This document shows, in pieces, positions 57,214 to 64,000 of a stretch of DNA of 64,000 nucleotides; the first letter of the stretch is position 1, and every line of letters starts with the position of its first letter. The stretch spans positions 235,074-299,073 of the forward strand of contig CAJTQT010000002.1 in assembly GCA_910578325.1 (NCBI GenBank), read 5' to 3'. Below the pieces are notes generated by a model, which did not search any database, was not told the DNA's origin, and saw only the letters and a program-made list of their open reading frames with translations. Both the position numbers and the translations under genes were made by a program. The stretch is from an uncultured Christensenella sp. (GTDB taxonomy: Bacteria; Bacillota; Clostridia; Christensenellales; CAG-917).

Positions 57214-57453
57214 ACACACCTCGTATACTTTTGCTCATTTATTATATGTAAAATCGTAATTATCGCCACATACCGACGGAAATTTACCCGAATATAATAA
57301 CACGGTTTAAAAAAATTTACAACCCGAGCAGTTTTTATTATAAGCAATGTCATATTATAATGCTTTTTATCCGCAATTTTCAGAAAATTTTAAACCGTAT
57401 GACATAAAATGATTACTATATCGGCGAAAACAACCGTCAAAAGAAAAATCTTA

Positions 57454-57482
57454 TTGAAAAAAAGCCGTTTCTATGGTAAAAT
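57454..57482 (+). promoter_or_regulatory. Putative sigmaA promoter of the aminotransferase gene
   Basis: TTGAAA, a 17-nt spacer, then TAAAAT, about 50 nt upstream of the ATG at 57531. AGAGGTG is the SD. Confidence 0.45.
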
Positions 57483-57530
57483 TGTACAACTTAACATATA
57501 TTTATTGTGCTTAAAAAAAGAGGTGCGGAT

Positions 57531-58718
57531 ATGATAGACTACAATTCGTTGCTCAATCCAGTTGCAAGAGATATCAAGCCTTCGGGCATAAGAAAATTTT
57601 TCGGAATCGCAGCCACGCGCAAAGACTGTATTTCGCTCGGAGTGGGCGAACCCGATTTTTCCACTCCTACGATTTTCAGTCAGGCGGGTATCAAAAGCAT
57701 CTGTTTAGGTAAAACGCACTACACCGCAAACGCAGGTCTTTTTGAACTTCGCGATACGATTTCCAAATACACCAAACAGTTTATCGGCGTGGACTATTCT
57801 CCGGAAGACGAGATTCTAATTACAGTGGGCGCGTCCGAAGGTCTGGACGCGGCATTTCGCGCAATCTGCGCACCCGATGACGAGATTCTTATACCCGAGC
57901 CCTGTTTTGTGTGCTATTCTCCTCTCGTCTCGCTTTGCGGCGCGGTTCCGGTTCCAATCGAATGCAGAATCGAAAACGAGTTTAAACTCACTCCCGAGCA
58001 ACTCGAAGAAAAGATAACTCCAAAAACAAAAGGCATACTTCTCGCCTACCCCAACAATCCTACCGGCGCGGTTATGGAGGAGGAAGACCTCAAAAAACTC
58101 GTCCCCATCATAGAAAAAAACAACCTTATAGTTTTCAGCGACGAAATCTACGGCGAACTGGTTTATAACGGACTTAAATTCACATCTATCGCGTCTATCG
58201 GCAATATGCGGGAACGTACAATAGTTGTAAGCGGTTTTTCAAAGTATTTCGCAATGACGGGCTGGCGTCTGGGATACGTATGCGCTCCGAGAGAAATAAT
58301 CGACGTGATTCACAAAATACATCAATACTCGGTTATGTGCGCCTCCACCGTAGCGCAGTATACCGCGCTCGAAGCCCTCAATACTTCATTTAAGAACGGC
58401 TTTAAAGAAGTTCACGAAATGATGGAGGTCTACGATACGCGAAGAAAGTATATCCTCAAACGCTTGCAGGATATCGGTCTCGACTGTTTTGAACCCAGAG
58501 GCGCGTTTTACGTCTTCCCGAGCGTGAAGTCTACGGGTATGGACGGAGAAGAATTTGCCTATGCGCTTCTCGACGCAAAAAACGTAGCGGTTGTGCCGGG
58601 CGGCGCATTCGGAGAAAGCGGCAAGGATTTTATAAGGATAAGTTATGCCTACTCTCTCGACGTTATAGAAAAAGCGTTCGACTTGATAGAAGAATTCGTG
58701 AAAGAATTAAAGAAATAA
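57531..58718 (+). CDS. Class I/II PLP-dependent aminotransferase (aspartate/aromatic type)
   Basis: 'SGFSKYFAMTGWRLGY' PLP-lysine motif and 'YPNNPTG'. Confidence 0.85.
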   Translation: MIDYNSLLNPVARDIKPSGIRKFFGIAATRKDCISLGVGEPDFSTPTIFSQAGIKSICLGKTHYTANAGLFELRDTISKYTKQFIGVDYSPEDEILITVGASEGLDAAFRAICAPDDEILIPEPCFVCYSPLVSLCGAVPVPIECRIENEFKLTPEQLEEKITPKTKGILLAYPNNPTGAVMEEEDLKKLVPIIEKNNLIVFSDEIYGELVYNGLKFTSIASIGNMRERTIVVSGFSKYFAMTGWRLGYVCAPREIIDVIHKIHQYSVMCASTVAQYTALEALNTSFKNGFKEVHEMMEVYDTRRKYILKRLQDIGLDCFEPRGAFYVFPSVKSTGMDGEEFAYALLDAKNVAVVPGGAFGESGKDFIRISYAYSLDVIEKAFDLIEEFVKELKK

Positions 58719-58789
58719 TTCCAAAAAACTTTTCCAATGAATCTCTAAATATAAAATACAGAATTTAAAATCAAATCCATTGATATAAA

Positions 58790-58821
58790 ACAATCGGGAC
58801 GGAATACTCCGTCCCGATTTC
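58790..58821. terminator. Bidirectional terminator between convergent genes
   Basis: AATCGGGACGGA-atac-TCCGTCCCGATTT. Confidence 0.6.
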
Positions 58822-58842
58822 TAAGATTGCATTTTACTGAAA

Positions 58843-61800
58843 TCACTTTTCAGTTGTGTTGCGTTTCTTTTTCATTATCATAATCACAGCAACAACCGCC
58901 GCAGCCACAACTATTACTGCCACCGTACAGCCAACAGCAATACCAACCGTATTGTCCTTCTTTGCAGGCTCTACAGGTTCCTCAGGCTTTTCGGGCTGCT
59001 CGGGCTCTTCGGGTTGCTCGGGCTCTTCAGGTTCCTCAGGCTTTTCGGGCTGGTCCGGTTCTTCGGGTTGCTCAGGCTGGTCAGGCTCCTCGGGCTTTTC
59101 GGGCTGGTCCGGTTCTTCGGGTTGCTCAGGCTGGTCAGGCTCCTCGGGTATTTCATTTCCGACAACAACAGGAATGATTTCAATACCCTTATCAGCATAA
59201 CTCTGAGCCGACGCTTTGGTCACGAAAGACACTTCCAACATATTATCCGACTTAAGTTCGGACTTTGCAAGCGTAAGTTTGCCGTCTTGAATCAATTCAA
59301 GATCAAGAACTTGTCCGTTGAGCACTACACTGCCTACCTGATAGTTCTCGTCAGCCGTTATGGTATATGTGATAGAATCTTCCGTCACTTCGTCGATACC
59401 GCTCTTGCCTATCTCTTTCTCGGTGGATATAGTTCCGCCAACGCCGTTAACGGTTGAGTAGACTTTCTTAGCGTCGGTATCCGTAACCGCTTCGCTGGAA
59501 TTTTTGAGTTGTACTATCTTAAACGGACTGAAACTCTTGACTTGCGCTATAAGACCGTACTCGGTCACAATCACAGGGATTTCTTCTACACCCGTAATAT
59601 TGCCCGCGTTGTCGTGCTTATAGTGATAGATTTTGAACGTCGTGCCCGCGTCGTCGGGAGAATATCCCTCGGGGAATCCGAACGCAACCTGCATATAACT
59701 TCCGTTTGGAACGCGCTGAACCACACCGCATATCTGCAGACTTATCTCAAAGGTTGCGGACGTAACGATATCTTCATCCTTAACGGCAGTCTGTTCTTTG
59801 AGTACTTCGTCCATTTTCTGCTCTTGAGAAGCGGAAGGCTTGTTTGCCACCAACAGCAACTGGCTTCTCTGATTTTCCGCATAGTAGTTTCCGTTCTCGT
59901 CTTTAAAATCGGTCACGGAAAGGTCGGAAGTATCTAGCATCTTCGGCTCGCCGAAAACGTTCATATACAGTCTGCCGTCATTGAATATTTTGCTGCACAC
60001 CACGCTCTTTCCCTTGAAAGAGTAAGTAAACGGATCTGGCACTTTTTTGCTTTCGACGCCGACAAGATTCGTAGGCGTGAAGTAATACATTGCATCGTTA
60101 TGGATATACATTCTGCTCGGAGTAAACGTAAAGGTTATGGTTTTATCTCCGTCCCACTGAAAGTTGGAAACAACCGCCTCCTGTTTTACCGTATCGTTTC
60201 CGCGAGAAGTATAGAAATAGAGTTCTACGTCTTCATCCGTCGCGCCTTCTACCAACATCAACGTATCGTTGTAAACTATTCTCATTTCATAAGTCTGGTC
60301 TACGCGCAGAGTGCCCGTGTTTGTAGGATACAGTCCTGCCGCACCGGGGGCAGGAATATACGAGTCATGACCGTTGTTGAGATACGGCGTGCTGGGGGAT
60401 CCGATTATATCTTTTTCTTCATCGAAAACTTCTTTCTTGTACGCGTAATTCCAAATTTTACCCGCATTTTCACCGTATTTGGGATCATCGGGATAGAATG
60501 CGCCGAAACTTTCGTCAGGGGCTCTGTTAACCAACGCGAACTGAATATATTCGAAACCTGCGTGCGCCCTGAATTCCATATAAGTATCGGTATGTTTGAA
60601 AATTTCACCGTAAGGTTCATTCGCCGCAATGCAGTCAAACCAATATCCCCAGACCACCTCTTTTGTTTCTTTGTCCGTATCGCCGAAACGAACGACCATA
60701 TGCTTACCCTCTTCCAGCAATTTCTCTGCGCCTTTGCCGTCGAAAGAAACAGTAAGCGTCAATAATTTGCCTGTTTCGTCTATGGAATCGGTATAAGAAC
60801 CTATTATATTCATACCGTTGTCGTCGGTATCGTCGCCGAAATCGTAAGGCTTGATTGCGGGATATCTGAATTCGTCTCCCGAAGAAGAAATAATTCCGTC
60901 TTCTATATGCGTTTCGTTCATCGTCTGTCCGCCGACGAGCAACCATTTATCAATCACTCCGCCGGTAGAGTTCCACGTTACGTCAACCGCATACCACAGT
61001 CCTTCGAGTTCCACGTAATTCCACATATGAGGTTGCCAGGCTTCCGAACCGCTCGAAAGCGAATAACCCTGTACGCATACGCAAGGAATTCCGAGCCTGT
61101 CCATAACAGCCTTGAAACCTTTTGCATATCCGCCGCATATAGCCTTGCCGTTGACAAGAGAGCCGTACGCCGTGCTTATGTATGCCGCTTCCGGACTTTC
61201 GACGTTTCTGCCGTCTTCGATTACCGTACCGAAACTGTATGCAGTATTTTTTGCAATATACTCGTTTACATAAGTAATCTGAGCCTCTGTGCCGCCCGCC
61301 GCTTTCGCGCCTGCGACAATCTCTTCTATTTTGGCTTCATAAGCCGCAATCGCGCTCGAAACAGACGCGCTACTGTTGAATCCGCCCAGATATAACGTAT
61401 CCGAACGGCTAGAATCGAGGAATGCGACATAGGCGCCGCTCTGCTGTCCCGCGCTTATCGACGTGCCGAAAAGGTCCGCGTAAAACATATCGGGATTGTC
61501 CATTACGTAAGCATCGCGTCCCGCGGCAAACGCTTTGGGAATTTTCTTTTCCGCATTGTTTACGTAAGCGGCGACATCTTCCTTTGTCACGACTCCGTTT
61601 GCAATGATGTCGTATTCGATTTTACCGTTTTTAAAATCGAGTTGTTCAAAAGCCTTGTAAAACTTTTCGGCTCTTGCGTCATCGGAAATCTGGTCGTAGA
61701 AGTAGTTATAACCGCTTTCATTCGCAGAAACTGCGTAGGTCGCGTTTATCGCTCCGCCGAAAACCAATCCCGAACCTGCAATGATCGTCGTCGCTATCGC

Positions 61801-61845
61801 CGCAATAGTGGCGAACACGCCGACACGCTTCGTTAAAGATTTCAT
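58843..61845 (-). CDS. Large surface protein with a transglutaminase-like cysteine protease core, a P/E/Q-rich repeat stalk and a C-terminal TM anchor
   Basis: Likely start MKSLTKR at 61845 (GGAGG upstream). Cys/His/Asp core: 'CGGYAKGFKAVMDRLGIP', 'HMWNYVEL', 'YAVDVTW'. The C-terminal stalk is '(PEEPDQPEQ/K)n', followed by a TM. Confidence 0.75.
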   Translation of the reverse strand: MKSLTKRVGVFATIAAIATTIIAGSGLVFGGAINATYAVSANESGYNYFYDQISDDARAEKFYKAFEQLDFKNGKIEYDIIANGVVTKEDVAAYVNNAEKKIPKAFAAGRDAYVMDNPDMFYADLFGTSISAGQQSGAYVAFLDSSRSDTLYLGGFNSSASVSSAIAAYEAKIEEIVAGAKAAGGTEAQITYVNEYIAKNTAYSFGTVIEDGRNVESPEAAYISTAYGSLVNGKAICGGYAKGFKAVMDRLGIPCVCVQGYSLSSGSEAWQPHMWNYVELEGLWYAVDVTWNSTGGVIDKWLLVGGQTMNETHIEDGIISSSGDEFRYPAIKPYDFGDDTDDNGMNIIGSYTDSIDETGKLLTLTVSFDGKGAEKLLEEGKHMVVRFGDTDKETKEVVWGYWFDCIAANEPYGEIFKHTDTYMEFRAHAGFEYIQFALVNRAPDESFGAFYPDDPKYGENAGKIWNYAYKKEVFDEEKDIIGSPSTPYLNNGHDSYIPAPGAAGLYPTNTGTLRVDQTYEMRIVYNDTLMLVEGATDEDVELYFYTSRGNDTVKQEAVVSNFQWDGDKTITFTFTPSRMYIHNDAMYYFTPTNLVGVESKKVPDPFTYSFKGKSVVCSKIFNDGRLYMNVFGEPKMLDTSDLSVTDFKDENGNYYAENQRSQLLLVANKPSASQEQKMDEVLKEQTAVKDEDIVTSATFEISLQICGVVQRVPNGSYMQVAFGFPEGYSPDDAGTTFKIYHYKHDNAGNITGVEEIPVIVTEYGLIAQVKSFSPFKIVQLKNSSEAVTDTDAKKVYSTVNGVGGTISTEKEIGKSGIDEVTEDSITYTITADENYQVGSVVLNGQVLDLELIQDGKLTLAKSELKSDNMLEVSFVTKASAQSYADKGIEIIPVVVGNEIPEEPDQPEQPEEPDQPEKPEEPDQPEQPEEPDQPEKPEEPEEPEQPEEPEQPEKPEEPVEPAKKDNTVGIAVGCTVAVIVVAAAVVAVIMIMKKKRNTTEK
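58969..59150. repeat. In-frame tandem repeat encoding the PEEPDQPE(Q/K) stalk, including an exact 54-bp x2 duplication
   Basis: 59041-59094 and 59095-59148 are identical. Degenerate copies occupy 58975-59040. Confidence 0.9.
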
Positions 61846-62065
61846 AAAACCTCCAAATCTTGTTCTTTTTACCTGCGCATCTGCCGAATTCAATCATATA
61901 AAAATCATTCGGCATCATCCGCAAATTCAAATAACCGTATAAGATTATACTCTTTTAAATTGATTTTGGCAACTTTTTTGACGGTTTGTTTATTATCGCG
62001 CTCTTTCCTTATTGCACTATATACTTTTTCTGTTATAATATATAAAACAATGATTACGCGAGAAT

Positions 62066-64000
62066 ATGCGAGGGAAAATGCGCAAATTTTTCAGACCGAT
62101 TTTGATTTGCTTTATCATATTCGTGGCTGCGGCGTGCTTATCAGCCTGCAATCCCACAGCCGGTCTTCCTACGGTAAAAATCACTTATATCGTAAACGGA
62201 GACGTTTACAGATGCGACGAATACGATATCGTAGACTTCAAATTCCCGCCAAAGCCAGCCGACGCTTTTTATACGTTCGAGGGCTGGTTTTTCGACGCAG
62301 AATTCCAAAATGAATTTACAAAATTTTCGGATATAAACGACGGTATGACCGAAATTACCGTTTACGCAAAACGCAGTCCGAAAAAATACAGTTTTATATT
62401 CTATTCAAACGGCGAGACATATCACAGTCAGACCTTTACCGATACAACGGATTTCGTTTTTCCCTCCGATCCATATCGCGAAGGATACGAGTTTAACGGT
62501 TGGTTTCTCGAAAATTCAGTGCAAATAAGCAGTAAGAACATTTTCGAAATATGTCCCCTGCCCGCCAAATACGAACTCTATGCCGCATTCGAGTGCATGC
62601 ACGCGTCCGTAGAAGAGATTATAACGGAACCAACTTGCAAGACGGACGGCAAACACATTATTCGGTGTTTAAACTGCCGCGAAAACATTGACGTCAAAAC
62701 TCTTCCCTCACTCGGTCATATCCGCGTTATAGACGAAGCCGTTAAGCCCACCTGCACAGATAAAGGACTTACGCAAGGCGAACATTGCGAAAGTTGTCTT
62801 GAAGTTTTCGTCACCCAAACAACTTTGAATGCGCTCGGGCACTCGTACGGTGACGGCGTAATCACACTGCCAGCCACCTGCGAACACACGGGAATACTGA
62901 CGTTTTTCTGTAAACGGGACGAGTGCACTCATTCTTATACGCAGGAAATTCCATCCCACACCCTCGGAGACTGGACAACCGTCAAAGCGGGTTCCTGCGT
63001 TGAAAAAGGAGAAAGAGTAAAATCCTGTACGCTTTGCGGACTTGTTATTGAACGCGAGACGTTCGCAGGAAACGGACACAGTCTGAATGAAATGCAATTT
63101 GATGCCGATTTCCACTGGCAAATCTGCACTCTGTGTGAAGAAGCGGTATCCGCTCCTCACTCTTTAAACGGCGCGGACTGTTGCGACGTATGTCCGTATT
63201 TTATACCCGATACGCCTGCGGCAGGAAGCATAATAAAGAATCTCACAAAGCGAATTCCGATATCTTCCGACTTTATAAATAAGCCGAACGGCTCGTCCTA
63301 TGCGCTTGAAATGACCGTAATCGACGTCGCTCAGGGAGACAGTATATTTTTCAGGTTCCCCGACGGACAAACTATGCTTATGGATTCGGGTTCAGTCAAT
63401 TTCCCGATAGGAAATCACTATGACAGAGTCAAAAAAGTCTTCGACGCTAATGGCGTAAAACAACTCGATTATCTGTTTATAACTCACAGCGATTACGACC
63501 ATGTAAGATATATAGAGGATGTTTTAAAAGATTTTGAAGTGAAGAATATATATATTCCGAAACTTTCCGATGACTCTAACGGCAGCACCTGGAAAGACAC
63601 AGTTAAAGCGATATCCGCCGAAAAATACACAGAAAACGGAGTATCCGTACCTGCGCAGATACGCTATAATATCGGCGATTATGAAATATCAGGCAACGGC
63701 TGGCGTATGAGATGCCACTCCTATCTCAGTAAAGACTACCCGACCGTAAACGGTTCGTCCGCATATTCCCCAACCGCTACCGATGCGGACAGCGATGAAA
63801 TCATAAACTCCCTATCCCCGATATGTATGCTGGAATACGCAGGAAGAACGATTGTGCTTACAGGAGACTCTAATCTTTTCAATGAAAAATACCTTATCGA
63901 CAGAGGAATATTCAAAGATATTGACGCCGACGTGCTGAAAGTTGCGCATCACGGTTCGAGAACATCCACAACGGATAAATTCCTATCGGCCGTCAAATGC
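62066..64000 (+). CDS. Lipoprotein with Listeria-Bacteroides-type repeats, four Cys-rich modules and a ComEC-type metallo-beta-lactamase domain; 3' end cut by the window edge and absent from the ORF track
   Basis: My own translation from the ATG at 62066 gives 645 codons to base 64000 with no stop. Lipobox 'FVAAACLSAC'; 'YTFEGWFFD' and 'YEFNGWFLE' repeats; four copies of [TS]C-x3-G-x5/6-C-x2-C..GH; then 'IDVAQGDSIFFRFPDGQTMLMDSG', 'ITHSDYDHV' and 'KVAHHGSRTS' (MBL/ComEC-like). Confidence 0.75.
   Translation, partial: MRGKMRKFFRPILICFIIFVAAACLSACNPTAGLPTVKITYIVNGDVYRCDEYDIVDFKFPPKPADAFYTFEGWFFDAEFQNEFTKFSDINDGMTEITVYAKRSPKKYSFIFYSNGETYHSQTFTDTTDFVFPSDPYREGYEFNGWFLENSVQISSKNIFEICPLPAKYELYAAFECMHASVEEIITEPTCKTDGKHIIRCLNCRENIDVKTLPSLGHIRVIDEAVKPTCTDKGLTQGEHCESCLEVFVTQTTLNALGHSYGDGVITLPATCEHTGILTFFCKRDECTHSYTQEIPSHTLGDWTTVKAGSCVEKGERVKSCTLCGLVIERETFAGNGHSLNEMQFDADFHWQICTLCEEAVSAPHSLNGADCCDVCPYFIPDTPAAGSIIKNLTKRIPISSDFINKPNGSSYALEMTVIDVAQGDSIFFRFPDGQTMLMDSGSVNFPIGNHYDRVKKVFDANGVKQLDYLFITHSDYDHVRYIEDVLKDFEVKNIYIPKLSDDSNGSTWKDTVKAISAEKYTENGVSVPAQIRYNIGDYEISGNGWRMRCHSYLSKDYPTVNGSSAYSPTATDADSDEIINSLSPICMLEYAGRTIVLTGDSNLFNEKYLIDRGIFKDIDADVLKVAHHGSRTSTTDKFLSAVKC

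Noticed and set aside
58856-59457. Plus-strand S/G-rich and L/R/F-rich repeat ORFs that could be taken for a repeat protein or array
   Set aside because: They are antisense or frame-shifted readings of the PEEPDQPE tandem repeat in the minus-strand surface protein. The repeats have no unique spacers, so this is not a CRISPR array.
62708-63370. Minus-strand ORFs 62708..63160, 62716..62928, 62935..63129 and 63164..63370
   Set aside because: They are antisense to the 645-codon plus-strand lipoprotein/MBL ORF, which the track omits because it has no stop inside the window.

Overview
This 64-kb window looks like a chromosomal segment of a spore-forming Firmicute. That is inferred from gpr, a pdaB-like deacetylase, sepF, nfnAB and the Bacillus-like dprA-topA-trmFO-hslVU and lspA-rluD synteny. 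I could support about 55 protein genes, mostly housekeeping and mostly on the minus strand. I saw no rRNA, tRNA, CRISPR array, integrase or transposase. By eye (not computed), composition is uniform. One clear cis-regulatory RNA is present: an FMN riboswitch (minus strand, about 16479-16660). It precedes a continuous RibU-TsaE reading frame that runs into overlapping tsaB and rimI. The most unusual locus is a self-contained minus-strand unit at about 40.04-46.26 kb. It has a perfect consensus sigmaA-type promoter, a roughly 180-nt structured leader, and a terminator on each flank. In order it encodes an archaeal-type (S26B/SipW-like) signal peptidase paralog, a McrB-family NTPase with a membrane anchor in place of a DNA-binding domain, a McrC/DUF2357-N-like protein with no visible nuclease and a roughly 450-aa acidic tail, and a second SipW-like paralog. 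I read this as a possibly undescribed membrane-tethered derivative of a McrBC-type motor coupled to two peptidases. This rests on motif recognition only and needs profile or structure searches. Other oddities: a MurF whose N-terminal domain is replaced by a polytopic membrane domain; an alpha/beta hydrolase with no canonical start codon but a strong SD plus ATA; a NadD-YqeK fusion; an exact 54-bp tandem duplication in a surface-protein linker; and a 645-codon lipoprotein ORF at the 3' edge that the ORF track omits because it has no stop in the window.
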